Source: an uncultured Hyphomicrobiales bacterium (GTDB lineage Bacteria; Bacteroidota; Ignavibacteria; Kapaibacteriales; UBA2268). From it: 64,000 bases of DNA. Positions within the stretch are counted from its first letter, which is position 1. Every line of letters begins with the position of its first letter. Both the position numbers and the translations under genes were made by a program. Location of the stretch: assembly GCA_964637845.1 (NCBI GenBank), contig CAZWXI010000001.1, positions 18,762 to 82,761 on the forward strand, read 5' to 3'. Of this stretch, positions 20,198 to 33,962 are shown piece after piece. The notes beneath the pieces were generated by a model, which did no database searches, had not been told where the DNA came from, and worked only from the letters and a program-made list of their open reading frames with translations.

Positions 20198-20914
20198 ATG
20201 GATATTACAATAATAAGTGCAGGATTCATGCTTGGCATACTCGGAAGTATGCACTGTATGGGTATGTGCGGACCAATTGCTTTGGCTATACCACATAAAG
20301 GAACTTCTAAACCTTCAATTTTGTCTGAGGGTATAGTCTACAATTTTGGCCGAGTAATCACCTACAGTATTATGGGTTTGTTGCTTGGTCTTATCGGTTC
20401 TACTTTCAAACTTGCAGGTTTCCAGGAACGATTATCTTTGATTGTCGGTATAACAATTTTAGTTGGTGTTTTAGTTCCAAAAAAATATTATATAGTTTTG
20501 AACGACACTAAAAAAATTAATTTTATAGTATCTAAAATCAAAGTGAAGTTTCAAGCACTCTTAAAATCGAAAAGCCTTTTATCGCTTCTTTTCATTGGAA
20601 TATTAAATGGCATGTTACCTTGCGGTCTTGTATATATTGCCTTAGCAGGTGCTTTTGCTACAGGCGAAATGGCTACATCAACATTTTACATGGCCGCTTT
20701 TGGATTTGGTACTTTACCCGTAATGGCTCTCATATTCACTTCTAAAAATCTTGTCACGATAAATTTTAGACAAACAATAAATAGATTGATACCGTATGGT
20801 GTCGCACTTATCGCAATATTGATGATTTTGCGTGGTTTAGCTCTCGATATACCTTATATCAGTCCAGTTTTACCCGAGACGGTTTTGTCTGACGAGCCTT
20901 CATGCTGCCATTAA
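20198..20914 (+). CDS. TauE/SafE-DsbD_2-like membrane protein associated with cbb3 clusters
   Basis: Polytopic membrane protein with an N-terminal HCMGMCGP motif and a C-terminal CCH. ATG at 20198; the track start at 20195 is TTG. Confidence 0.65.
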   Translation: MDITIISAGFMLGILGSMHCMGMCGPIALAIPHKGTSKPSILSEGIVYNFGRVITYSIMGLLLGLIGSTFKLAGFQERLSLIVGITILVGVLVPKKYYIVLNDTKKINFIVSKIKVKFQALLKSKSLLSLLFIGILNGMLPCGLVYIALAGAFATGEMATSTFYMAAFGFGTLPVMALIFTSKNLVTINFRQTINRLIPYGVALIAILMILRGLALDIPYISPVLPETVLSDEPSCCH

Positions 20915-21221
20915 ATTTTCAAGATTGTGGAAAAGTTTTTTGTACTTTAAATTTTTTGTTAATATTTTAGCATATTCACATATTACAAATGATTTTTAAT
21001 TATTCAAGACTAAAATTTGTAACTAAAACCAAATAAATTACGATTTAGTCTTGTTTAAAATAATTTTATGTTTTATTTTGCACTTTGAAATTTGTAAAAA
21101 AGGAAAAAAGTAATTTTATTTGTTTTGAAAAGGAAATTTAATGTTACCAAAATGTATAAAAGTTGTAAATTGCACAAGGATACGATTTCCAAATTTATTT
21201 AACAATTTCGGTAGGTAAGAC

Positions 21222-21794
21222 GTGAAAAAAACTTTACTTGATTATGCACTAAAAGTCAAATTACCACTCACAATATTTGTAATTCTAATGTCATTTGCAG
21301 TGACTTATTTTGTAGCAAAACCTGAAAGAGACGGAATTGGATATGCTCCCGAACAACCAATCAAATTTTCGCACAGACTACACGCGGGAGATATGGCAAT
21401 TGATTGCCAATACTGCCATACAAGTGTCGAAAAATCAAGACATGCCACAATTCCTTCGGCTGATGTTTGCATGAATTGCCACGCAATTGCCAAAACTGAT
21501 AGTCCTGAAATTGTTAAACTAACTCAATACTACAAGGAAGGCAAACCCATACCTTGGAAACGAATTTACAGAGTGCCTGAATACGCCTATTTCAACCATG
21601 CCTCACATGTTACGAAAGGTATTGACTGCGCTAATTGCCACGGAGATGTCCGCGAAATGGAAATCATCAGTCAGGTACACTCATTTACTATGGCGGCATG
21701 TTTGGACTGCCATCGTGAACCACACAAGAGAATGCCTCAAATGGCCGGATTTGTCAATCAAGGACCAACAAATTGTAACGCATGTCATCGCTAA
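21222..21794 (+). CDS. actA: Alternative Complex III subunit ActA, pentaheme cytochrome c
   Basis: N-terminal TM helix and five CxxCH motifs (CQYCH, CMNCH, CANCH, CLDCH, CNACH). GTG start. Confidence 0.8.
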   Translation: MKKTLLDYALKVKLPLTIFVILMSFAVTYFVAKPERDGIGYAPEQPIKFSHRLHAGDMAIDCQYCHTSVEKSRHATIPSADVCMNCHAIAKTDSPEIVKLTQYYKEGKPIPWKRIYRVPEYAYFNHASHVTKGIDCANCHGDVREMEIISQVHSFTMAACLDCHREPHKRMPQMAGFVNQGPTNCNACHR

Positions 21795-21824
21795 TAAATT
21801 GTAAAATTAAATAAATCGGGAATT

Positions 21825-22000
21825 ATGAGTAAATCGCGAAGAAAATTTTTTAACTCAATAGGTGCAACTGCTCTCGGAGCTATTGCACTTAATTTGTTAC
21901 CCGTGAAATATTTTAAGAACGGCAAAACCGAACCTTCCGGCAAAATCAATGTCGAAATTCATCCTCTAGCCATTAATAGAAAAATGAAGGAGGATAGCTG

Positions 22001-22001
<1 letters not shown>
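21825..22001 (+). CDS. Small (58 aa) twin-arginine-signal peptide between actA and actB (absent from the ORF track)
   Basis: Hand translation: MSKSRRKFFNSIGATALGAIALNLLPVKYFKNGKTEPSGKINVEIHPLAINRKMKEDS. Canonical S-R-R-x-F-F motif plus an h-region. Its stop TGA overlaps the actB ATG (TGATG). It fills an otherwise unexplained 206-nt gap in a tightly packed operon. Confidence 0.45.
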
Positions 22002-25199
<3,198 letters not shown>

Positions 25200-25210
<11 letters not shown>

Positions 25211-26609
25211 AACTCTTCGAAAGTCGGTCATCGAGGGCAACCCCACGATGAAGCAAATTGACGACACAATTATCAAACCTTTAAATGAAGTTCCCCATAT
25301 AAGATTTTTTATGGCTATTGGGTTAACTCTCACAATGCTTTTAATTGGTGTGATATCCTTAGGAATGGCATTTTATCGCGGACTTGGACTTTGGGGTGTT
25401 AACAACCCTGTTGGTTGGGGGTTCGCAATCATAAACTTTGTCTTTTGGGTCGGTATTGGTCATGCCGGCACCCTCATATCTGCAATTTTATATTTATTCC
25501 GCCAAAAATGGCGTACAGGAATTGCAAGATTTGCCGAAGGAATGACAATATTTGCGGTCATGACAGCAGGATTATTCCCATTAATCCATGTTGGCAGACC
25601 ATGGCTTGACGGCTATTTATTTCCATACCCCAATCAACATAGTCTTTGGGTAAACTTTACCTCGCCTCTGCTATGGGACGTATTTGCCGTTTCAACATAC
25701 TTTACAGTATCATTTGTCTTCTGGTATATGGGATTAGTCCCCGATTTTGCTACGATGAGAGATAAAATTAGAAATAGTACGATTGTTGATAAAGTCAAAA
25801 AAACTATATACTCAGTTCTTTCATTAGGTTGGAGATTTTCAAACCGCCACTGGTCACATTATGAGATGATGTATCTTGTACTTGCGGGTTTTGCAACTCC
25901 ACTTGTGCTTTCGGTGCACACTATTGTATCATTCGACTTTGCCGTATCAATAATGCCGGGTTGGCATACAACTATTTTCCCGCCTTACTTCGTTGCAGGT
26001 GCTGTTTTTTCGGGATTTGCAATGGTGCAAAATGCTCTGATTATCATCCGAAAAGTTTTCGACATGGAGCATATCATCACCTTAGATACTCTTGAAAAAA
26101 TGAACAAAATTATTATTGTTACAGGATTGATGGTTGGATATGCTTACGGAATGGAGTTCTTCATTGCTTGGTATAGCGGTCACGAAGCCGAACTATTTGC
26201 ATTCTTAAATAGAGCTTTTGGACCATATGCTTGGTCATATTGGATTATGGTTAGTTGCAACGTTATAGCACCTCAATTCTTCTGGTTCAAGAAATTACGC
26301 AGAAATATTCTGTTTATGTTTATTATCGCAGTTCTTGTAAATGTCGGTATGTGGTTCGAAAGATTTGTTATTACAGTAACATCGTTGTCTCGCGATTACC
26401 TGCCTTCAAGTTGGGCATACTATGTACCTACAATTTATGATATCGGACTTTTAATTGGTAGTTTCGGATTCTTTTTTACCTTATTATTACTGTTTACAAG
26501 GACTATGCCCGTAATTTCAATTGCCGAAGTTAAAAGTGTATTGAGTGGTGCTCAACCAACTCATCACGCTTTAGGACACTATGAGGAGGATGGTAACAAT
26601 GGAAAATAA
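25200..26609 (+). CDS. actC: ACIII subunit ActC (NrfD/PsrC-like quinol-interacting membrane subunit)
   Basis: ~10 TM helices, NrfD-like pattern ([14 protein letters not shown]), 11-nt overlap with actB. Confidence 0.85.
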
Positions 26610-27735
26610 AATTTTACATTCAGTTACAGCGATTTTTAACACACCTGACGAAATAATAAAAGCATCGAAAGCAGTTGTCAAACAGGGATATAAAAAATTT
26701 GACGTACATACCCCTTATCCTATACACGGCTTGGATAAAGTAATGAAATTGCAACGTTCACCATTAGGTTATTTTGCTTTTGTCTTGGGTGTTACAGGTG
26801 CATGCCTAGCTCTATTACTAATGTGGTGGACAATGACAGTAGCTTATCCATTGAACATTGGCGGAAAACCTGATTTCCCGCTTCCGGCTTTCATACCTGT
26901 CACGTTTGAAGTTACAGTATTGCTTGCTTCTGTAGCGACCGTTGTTTCGATGATAGTTATATTCTTCAAATTTCCAAATAACAGCCATCCCTTGCATGAT
27001 ACAGATTTCATGCGTAAAGTATCATCAGACAAGTATGGCATTACTATTGAATCGGATGACCCTAAATTTGAGCTTAATTCTGCTAAACAGTTTCTCGCAA
27101 AAATTGGTGGCAGCGAAATTGAAGAAATATATTACGATAACGATGAAGTAAATGCGAAACCAACTGTTCTTGAGCCGCGCTTTTTAACCGGATTGGCTGT
27201 AATATCAGTAATTGTTATGGCTACAACCTATTTTACCCTGAATAAACTTATGTTTATGGAACCATTCAATTGGATGATGGACCAACAAAAAGTTACTTCT
27301 ATGAAAGAAACTACATTTTTTGCTGATGGTTTCTCAATGAGACCTCCAGTAGAAGGTACTGTTGCTCGCGGTTTTAAGCCATTCATGTATGCCGATAGTA
27401 TTGAACTTGCCGAAAAGTTTATGATAAATCCTTTAGAAATTAATACTAAGAACTTGGAAACCGGTAAAAGAAAATATAACACTTATTGTAGTCCATGTCA
27501 TGACTACCACGGATCGGGACAAGCACGATTAAACGGACAATATCCCAATCCACCGAGTTTACATACCGATAAAGTTCGCGAATGGAGCGATGGTAGAATT
27601 TATCATATTATTACAATGGGACAGAATACAATGCCATCTTATGACAAACAATTGACTGAATCCGAAAAATGGCAAATTATCTTATATGTCAGAGCATTGC
27701 AAAGAGCTTTGAATGCTCAGGAGGGCGATCTATAA
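26599..27735 (+). CDS. actDE: Fused ACIII subunits ActD (DUF3341-like) and ActE (monoheme cytochrome c)
   Basis: The N-terminal ~200 aa resemble ActD (two TM helices, cytoplasmic segment). A third TM helix follows, then a cytochrome c domain with CSPCHDYHG and a distal Met (MPSY). AGGAGG lies 9 nt upstream of the ATG at 26599. Confidence 0.75.
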   Translation: MENKILHSVTAIFNTPDEIIKASKAVVKQGYKKFDVHTPYPIHGLDKVMKLQRSPLGYFAFVLGVTGACLALLLMWWTMTVAYPLNIGGKPDFPLPAFIPVTFEVTVLLASVATVVSMIVIFFKFPNNSHPLHDTDFMRKVSSDKYGITIESDDPKFELNSAKQFLAKIGGSEIEEIYYDNDEVNAKPTVLEPRFLTGLAVISVIVMATTYFTLNKLMFMEPFNWMMDQQKVTSMKETTFFADGFSMRPPVEGTVARGFKPFMYADSIELAEKFMINPLEINTKNLETGKRKYNTYCSPCHDYHGSGQARLNGQYPNPPSLHTDKVREWSDGRIYHIITMGQNTMPSYDKQLTESEKWQIILYVRALQRALNAQEGDL

Positions 27736-28934
27736 TGGGAACCGACAATATAATTTTATACGAAAGAAAGTCACTACCTGCGAAATTACCACTAATTGGC
27801 TGGGCTGTACTATTAATTGGCGTAGTACTTACATTTTTGGCTTTCTCGGTTGATAACTTGCGTGCAAGTTACAATCTCATTATTGTATTAATGTGGGTAT
27901 TTAGTATAGGATTTGGTGCATTGTTTTTAATAGCACTCGAACATCTTGTCGGAGCTGATTGGAGCGTACCTTTCAGGCGATTGACAGAAATAGTTGCCGC
28001 TGTGCTATTTGCAACACCACTCATCGCATTACCGTTACTACTTAATATAGACGAAGTATTTGTTTGGCTGAACCCGATTTTACTCGAGTCAGATAAATAT
28101 GTCAAAGGGAAAGTACCGTATTTGAATGAGTCTTTTTTTATTATTCGGAACGCAGCGATATTTGCACTAATGTTTATATTCTACTTCTTGATAGCAGGAC
28201 GTTCATTCAGGCAAGACAAAACACGAAATCCTGACAGCAAAAAGCTTTCAGCCAAACTATCTGCTATTTTCATGCCAATTTTTGCGGTTGTAATTACCGT
28301 AGCCGCAATGGATTGGTTAATGAGCTTGGAGCCAAAATGGTTTTCTACTATTTTTGGTGTATATTACTTCGCGGGTTCTGTTTTAGCTGCTTTATCTGTT
28401 TTAACTTTCGTATCAATTACTTTAGCAGAAAATGGCTACCTAAGTAAATATCTAACCGAAGATCATTACTATAACTTTGGTGCATTAATGTTTGCTTTTA
28501 CGAATTTTTGGGCATACATTGCCTTCAGCCAATTCATGCTCATTTGGTATGCGAACATACCCGATGAAACGCTTTGGTATCTTGACCGCGGAGTTGACGG
28601 TTGGATGACGATTTCACTGGGTTTAATTTTTATTAGATTTGGCATACCTTATTTGGCATTATTGACTCGTCCATCCAAGAGCAATCCGTTTAGATTGAAA
28701 ATTATTGCCGTATGGGTTTTCATTGCTCATTATTATGACCTATACTGGGTCGTAATGCCAGAATATACTAAGAAGACAGCAGTTCATGCCCCCGTTTATA
28801 GTTGGTTTGAGTTTTCAGTACCAATTTTAGTTATTGGAGTCTTATTAGTTGTGTTCTCGCTCGTTGCAAAGAATAAGAATTTAATGCCTGTCGGCGACCC
28901 AAAATTTAAAAAAGGTTTGGAATTTCATCTTTAA
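27735..28934 (+). CDS. actF: ACIII subunit ActF (second NrfD-like membrane subunit)
   Basis: Polytopic membrane protein following actDE. The ATG at 27735 overlaps the actDE stop (TAATG). The track start at 27669 lies inside actDE. Confidence 0.75.
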   Translation: MGTDNIILYERKSLPAKLPLIGWAVLLIGVVLTFLAFSVDNLRASYNLIIVLMWVFSIGFGALFLIALEHLVGADWSVPFRRLTEIVAAVLFATPLIALPLLLNIDEVFVWLNPILLESDKYVKGKVPYLNESFFIIRNAAIFALMFIFYFLIAGRSFRQDKTRNPDSKKLSAKLSAIFMPIFAVVITVAAMDWLMSLEPKWFSTIFGVYYFAGSVLAALSVLTFVSITLAENGYLSKYLTEDHYYNFGALMFAFTNFWAYIAFSQFMLIWYANIPDETLWYLDRGVDGWMTISLGLIFIRFGIPYLALLTRPSKSNPFRLKIIAVWVFIAHYYDLYWVVMPEYTKKTAVHAPVYSWFEFSVPILVIGVLLVVFSLVAKNKNLMPVGDPKFKKGLEFHL

Positions 28935-28952
28935 AAATGAAGGAAACATTAA

Positions 28953-29945
28953 ATGGAAAATCAATTTAGACCCGAAGATGAGATAAACTACAAAAATCTA
29001 CTCAAAGACCCTGTGAGACTTTTTGCGATTGTTTACCCTTATATCCTTATCTTATTTGTGGTAGCAGGAGTCTATTGGGCTGTCAATATGGATTATGCAT
29101 ACAAAAACACTCATCCGAAAGTTAAGCTTGCTCGCGATACGGTAGCTCCCGAAATACCCGTTCAACACGGTTCAATCATGGAAGGTGTGGATGTTAAAGT
29201 CATCAGTATATCTACGCCCGAACTTGTCAAAAAAGGAGAAGAACTATATAAGGCTAACTGTGCTTCTTGCCATGGAAATGAAGGTAAAGGTGACGGAATT
29301 GCCGGAGCAGCATTAAATCCTAAACCGAGAAACTTTGGGGAGCTTGATGGATGGAAAAATGGTGCATCAATTTCCGGCATGTGGAAAACCTTAGAAGAGG
29401 GCATTGTTGGTGGCGGTATGGTGGCATACAATTATTTGCCTGTTGAAGACAGATTTGCTCTAATACATTTCATGCACTCATTAATGAGCGAGTTCCCGAA
29501 GGATAGCGACTCCGATCTTGAAATGTTAGACCAAACTTATTCACTTTCAAAAGGAAAAGTTACACCTAATACTATATCAGTTTCTATGGCAATAAATAAA
29601 TTATCCGCTGAGTATTCTACTCACTCTGAACGCATCATAAAACTTTCAGAGATGATTAAAGGTGCTGAGGATGAGAATTTACGTAACATTTTCATCAAGA
29701 TTATTTCTAACTGTGATAAAGTTGCCGCCACTTTAGTTAACGGTAAGAATTGGCATACAAATCCGGACACATTCATTAAGGAAATAGGAGCTACTATCAA
29801 TAATAACGGATTCAAATTAACTGCACTACGCTTGACAAAAGACGAACTTATTACTGTGTATAATTTTTTTGTAAATGCCCATAATCTTATTAGTATAGAA
29901 TCTCAAAATGAAAAGAATAGTTTTAATAGTCTTGTTTATGACTAA
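28953..29945 (+). CDS. Membrane-anchored monoheme cytochrome c with a ~170-aa C-terminal domain of unknown function
   Basis: One N-terminal TM helix and a class I cytochrome c motif CASCHG with downstream GGGMVAY. I see no recognisable motif in the C-terminal half. Confidence 0.7.
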   Translation: MENQFRPEDEINYKNLLKDPVRLFAIVYPYILILFVVAGVYWAVNMDYAYKNTHPKVKLARDTVAPEIPVQHGSIMEGVDVKVISISTPELVKKGEELYKANCASCHGNEGKGDGIAGAALNPKPRNFGELDGWKNGASISGMWKTLEEGIVGGGMVAYNYLPVEDRFALIHFMHSLMSEFPKDSDSDLEMLDQTYSLSKGKVTPNTISVSMAINKLSAEYSTHSERIIKLSEMIKGAEDENLRNIFIKIISNCDKVAATLVNGKNWHTNPDTFIKEIGATINNNGFKLTALRLTKDELITVYNFFVNAHNLISIESQNEKNSFNSLVYD

Positions 29946-30699
29946 TCTTAGCCTTCTTGCAAAATTTGAAGACAGGCTCGAAGTAGGTATTGAGCACGAA
30001 AAGAAGCTCGGGACTTTCATCCCTATGGAACTTGAATTCGTTGACTCGGAAGGCTACAAAAAAACTCTCGGCGATTTGATTGACAAACCGACCGTACTGG
30101 CATTGGTTTATTATCATTGTCCCGGTATTTGCAGTCCGTTACTGAATAGCCTCGGCGAAGTGATTGACAAGGCATCGATTACTCCTGGGAAAGACTATAA
30201 AGTTTTGACAATAAGCTTTGACCCACGTGAAAACCACGAGATTGCCAAAAAATGGAAGACCAACTATTTATCTGCTATGAATCGACCCATATCTCAGAAT
30301 GATTGGATTTTTATGACAGGTGATAGTGCCAATATCACGAAAATTACCGATGCCGTCGGTTTCCGTTATAAACCTGACGGCGAAAGTGACTTTGTTCACG
30401 CAGGTGCATTAATCATGATTTCACCCAATGGAAAAATTACGAGATATTTGCTTGGTACCGAATACTCACCTTTTGATTTCAAACTCGCGATAACCGAGGC
30501 ATCTAAAGGCATTTCAGTGCCACCAATTTCAAAAGTTTTAGCTTATTGTTTCAGCTATGACCCCGAAGGCAGAACATATGTCTTCAATTTTAACAAAGTT
30601 GCAGGTACTATTATTTTTCTTGGGGTTGGTATTTTCTTCGTAGTATTATTAATAAAAGGAAGATCAAAGAAAGTTAGCAAAGGAGAAGAAAATGTCTGA
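29908..30699 (+). CDS. SCO1/SenC family copper chaperone
   Basis: Signal/anchor, thioredoxin-fold CPGIC motif, conserved His (FVHAG), C-terminal TM helix. Confidence 0.85.
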   Translation: MKRIVLIVLFMTNLSLLAKFEDRLEVGIEHEKKLGTFIPMELEFVDSEGYKKTLGDLIDKPTVLALVYYHCPGICSPLLNSLGEVIDKASITPGKDYKVLTISFDPRENHEIAKKWKTNYLSAMNRPISQNDWIFMTGDSANITKITDAVGFRYKPDGESDFVHAGALIMISPNGKITRYLLGTEYSPFDFKLAITEASKGISVPPISKVLAYCFSYDPEGRTYVFNFNKVAGTIIFLGVGIFFVVLLIKGRSKKVSKGEENV

Positions 30700-32341
30700 T
30701 AATACTTATTCAACCACTAATGGTGATTATATAAATTTCTATCAATACAAAGGTAGATTTTCCGGGATTTTTGCTTGGATACTGTCCGTTGACCACAAAA
30801 GAATTGGTCTTTTGTATCTTGGTTCAATAATTTTATTTTTTTTGGTCGGGATGAGCTTTGGTTTCTTTATGAGACTCGAATTATGGAACCCCGGACAAGA
30901 CATTATGGGACCTCAAACATATAATGCCTTGTTTACTTTACACGGCATTATCATGATATTTTTGGTTATCATACCCGGAATTCCTGCTGTATTTGGGAAC
31001 TTCTTTCTACCTATACAAATTGGGGCGGAGGACGTTTCATTCCCGCGGCTAAATCTTATGTCGTGGTATTTATATACAATTGGCGGTTTACTTGCGGTAA
31101 TGTCGTTATTTTTAAGCGGCGGACCAATTGATACCGGATGGACCTTTTATGCTCCCTATAGTTTAAGAACGGGCACCGAAGTTATTATGCCTCTTATGGC
31201 GGCATTTATTCTCGGTTTTTCGTCAATTTTGACCGGTCTTAACTTTGTGACAACAGTTCATAGACTCAGAGCACCGGGTATGACATTTTTTAAATTACCC
31301 TTATTCGTATGGGCATTATATTCAACAGCATGGATTCAAATTATCGGTACTCCCGTAATTGGTATAACGATATTGCTGGTAATCGTGGAAAGAATGTTCG
31401 GCGTGGGAGTATTTGACCCCACTATGGGCGGTGACCCGATTCTGTTCCAGCATCTATTTTGGATTTATTCTCATCCTGCCGTATATATAATGATTTTGCC
31501 TGCTATGGGTGTCGTTTCAGAAATAATACCGACATTTTGTCGCAAAACAATATTTGGCTATGGCGCTATAGCGATATCATCAATAGCTATTGCATTTGTA
31601 GGCACATTAGTTTGGGGACATCATATGTTCACCTCCGGTATGAGTGATGAAGCGCGATGGATTTACTCCTTTCTGACATTTATCGTTGCACTGCCCTCAG
31701 GTGTTAAGATTTTTAACTGGGTGGCAACAATGCATAAGGCATCCATCAAAGCCGAGACGCCATTCTTATACGTCATGGCATTTATTTTTCTCTTCTCGAT
31801 AGGTGGTTTAACAGGGCTTGTTCTCGGTTCGCTGGCAACAGACGTTCACTTGCATGATACTTATTTCGTTGTAGCTCACTTCCATTATGTTATGTTTGGC
31901 GGTACGATTTTCATTTTCTTTGCCGCATTACATTATTGGTTCCCAAAAATGTTTGGAAAAATGTACAACAGCAAAGTTGCAAATACAGCTTTAGGAATAA
32001 TGGTAGTTGGATTCAACATGTTGTACTTTACATTCTTTATTCTTGGCTACATGGGTATGCCCCGCCGTTACTACGATTACTTACCTGAATTCCAAGGCAT
32101 GCACCAGTTTGCAACGGTCGGCTCATGGATTCTTATTGTAGGCATCCTCTTAATGCTCGCAAATCTTGCTGTTGCACTGAAAAACGGTAAAAAAGCATCG
32201 ATCAATCCATGGGGTGGAATGACTTTGGAATGGACTGTTCCTTCGCCGCCACCATTGTTGAATTTCAAGAAAATTCCTACTGTAAAGCATGGACCTTATG
32301 AATATGAATACTATGAGGAGGTAACAAAAAATGTCAACTAA
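30692..32341 (+). CDS. ctaD: Cytochrome c oxidase subunit I (A-family heme-copper oxidase)
   Basis: Hallmark motifs: FGNFFLP, WTFYAPY, LFWIYSHPAVY, GHHMF, FHYVMFGG. Confidence 0.95.
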   Translation: MSDNTYSTTNGDYINFYQYKGRFSGIFAWILSVDHKRIGLLYLGSIILFFLVGMSFGFFMRLELWNPGQDIMGPQTYNALFTLHGIIMIFLVIIPGIPAVFGNFFLPIQIGAEDVSFPRLNLMSWYLYTIGGLLAVMSLFLSGGPIDTGWTFYAPYSLRTGTEVIMPLMAAFILGFSSILTGLNFVTTVHRLRAPGMTFFKLPLFVWALYSTAWIQIIGTPVIGITILLVIVERMFGVGVFDPTMGGDPILFQHLFWIYSHPAVYIMILPAMGVVSEIIPTFCRKTIFGYGAIAISSIAIAFVGTLVWGHHMFTSGMSDEARWIYSFLTFIVALPSGVKIFNWVATMHKASIKAETPFLYVMAFIFLFSIGGLTGLVLGSLATDVHLHDTYFVVAHFHYVMFGGTIFIFFAALHYWFPKMFGKMYNSKVANTALGIMVVGFNMLYFTFFILGYMGMPRRYYDYLPEFQGMHQFATVGSWILIVGILLMLANLAVALKNGKKASINPWGGMTLEWTVPSPPPLLNFKKIPTVKHGPYEYEYYEEVTKNVN

Positions 32342-32969
32342 TCACATTACAGAGGCGGCACATGAAGAACACATACATGTCCATCGTGATGATTACGGTG
32401 CGAAACTTGGTATGTGGCTGTTTTTGTTCACCGAACTTCTCTTATTCGGTGGATTATTCTTGCTCTACATGGCATACAGACTAGAATATTTTCCTGAATT
32501 TCAACTATCAGCAAAAAATTTGAAAATTTGGATGGGGGGGATAAACACCATAATTCTGCTCACAAGTAGTTTGACAATGGTGCTATCCATAGTTGCTTTA
32601 CAGAGACACAAAATACAAGCATCTATAATTTGGTTGATTGCTACAATTGCTTTGGCCGCCGGCTTTCTCATTGTTAAATATTTTGAGTGGTCCGCAAAAT
32701 TTGCTGATGGCATTTACCCCGGGGGAGAAGAACTTGCAATGAAAAGTTCTGGTGAGAAAATTTTTTACGGGCTGTATTATACTATGACTGGACTACATGG
32801 ATTACATGTGATAATTGGTATGATTATTTTATCCTTCATGTTATATTATATCATAAGGGGTAAAATCAATCCTGATAGATTTGTAGTTCTCGAAAATGGT
32901 GGTCTTTATTGGCATTTAGTTGACTTAATTTGGATTTTCCTCTTCCCATTATTCTATTTATTGCACTGA
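32331..32969 (+). CDS. ctaE: Cytochrome c oxidase subunit III
   Basis: 5 TM helices, with MWLFLFTELLLFGGLF and YWHLVDLIWIFLFPLFYL motifs. Confidence 0.85.
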   Translation: MSTNHITEAAHEEHIHVHRDDYGAKLGMWLFLFTELLLFGGLFLLYMAYRLEYFPEFQLSAKNLKIWMGGINTIILLTSSLTMVLSIVALQRHKIQASIIWLIATIALAAGFLIVKYFEWSAKFADGIYPGGEELAMKSSGEKIFYGLYYTMTGLHGLHVIIGMIILSFMLYYIIRGKINPDRFVVLENGGLYWHLVDLIWIFLFPLFYLLH

Positions 32970-32981
32970 GAAAAGATTATT

Positions 32982-33290
32982 ATGGCACATCACGACTCAA
33001 AAGACGGCAGAATAGCCCACGCTCACGACCCGAGATATGGTATTAATGTAATTATATGGATTACACTTCTCTCGCTGACTGTTATTACCGTAGCAGTTGC
33101 GGGAATTGATTTGGGTAACTATACACTATTCGTAGCTATGCTAATTGCCGCAATTAAATCGACCTTTGTCATCAATTACTTTATGCACATCAAGTTCGAA
33201 GATTTAATTTTCAAAATCTTCTTAATACTTGTGATTCTTGTATTGGCTATCATCTTTGTTTTGACAGCATTTGACGTATTTTTAAGATAA
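32982..33290 (+). CDS. Prokaryotic cytochrome c oxidase subunit IV family protein
   Basis: 102 aa, 3 TM helices, in the position after subunit III. Confidence 0.7.
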   Translation: MAHHDSKDGRIAHAHDPRYGINVIIWITLLSLTVITVAVAGIDLGNYTLFVAMLIAAIKSTFVINYFMHIKFEDLIFKIFLILVILVLAIIFVLTAFDVFLR

Positions 33291-33300
33291 GGAATAAAAT

Positions 33301-33957
33301 ATGTTTGAGACAGCTTCCGATTATGCCCAAAGTGTAGATTTTGTAATGCTCCTTATCGTGGGCATCTCCGTGGTTCTTCTTTTGGGTATCACCATTGCCA
33401 TGGTTTATTTTGTGTTCAGATATAATCGCAAACGTCATCCTAAAGCTGAACAGATTCATGGGAATGTCGTTCTTGAGATCATTTGGATAGTAATTCCGAC
33501 AATTTTAGTTATGATAATGTTTTGGTATGGTTATGAAGGATTTCAAAAGTTACGCGCTGATACAGAAGGTGCTTACGAAATCAAAGTTTACGGATTTATG
33601 TGGGGGTGGAACTTTGAGTATCCAAACGGCAAAAAGACCGATACCCTTTACATACCCCTAAACCGGAAAACTAAACTTGTCATGAGTTCTCGCGACGTAT
33701 TGCATAGCTTTTACATTCCCGCTTTTAGATTGAAAGAGGATGTTATCGCAGGCAGAAGTACCTTTATTTTACTCGAACCCAGAACTGTCGGAGTTTTTGA
33801 TGTTGCATGTGCAGAATATTGCGGTTTGAATCACTCACGAATGTACACAAAGTTACACGTACTTGAAGATAACGAATTTGAAAAGTGGCTTGAAATTGGC
33901 ATGGCAAAAGAAACTGATAAAATTGAACAAACTCAGGAACAAGTCGAGGTACAGTAA
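33301..33957 (+). CDS. ctaC: Cytochrome c oxidase subunit II (CuA domain, no fused cytochrome c)
   Basis: Two TM helices and a cupredoxin domain with CuA ligands HSFYIP...CAEYCGLNHSRM. No CxxCH anywhere in its 218 aa. Confidence 0.9.
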   Translation: MFETASDYAQSVDFVMLLIVGISVVLLLGITIAMVYFVFRYNRKRHPKAEQIHGNVVLEIIWIVIPTILVMIMFWYGYEGFQKLRADTEGAYEIKVYGFMWGWNFEYPNGKKTDTLYIPLNRKTKLVMSSRDVLHSFYIPAFRLKEDVIAGRSTFILLEPRTVGVFDVACAEYCGLNHSRMYTKLHVLEDNEFEKWLEIGMAKETDKIEQTQEQVEVQ

Positions 33958-33962
33958 ATTTA

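Noticed and set aside
21163-21174. Identical 12-mer TTGTAAATTGCA upstream of actA (21163-21174) and in the divergent IDH/nuclease promoter region (38060-38071). A TTGCAT-CA-ATGCAA inverted repeat lies at 38067-38080. Considered as a shared regulator site.
   Set aside because: My rough estimate for ~80% AT intergenic DNA (per-base match probability ~0.34, several kb on both strands) predicts multiple chance 12-mer matches and 6-bp inverted repeats. Not significant without genome-wide enrichment.
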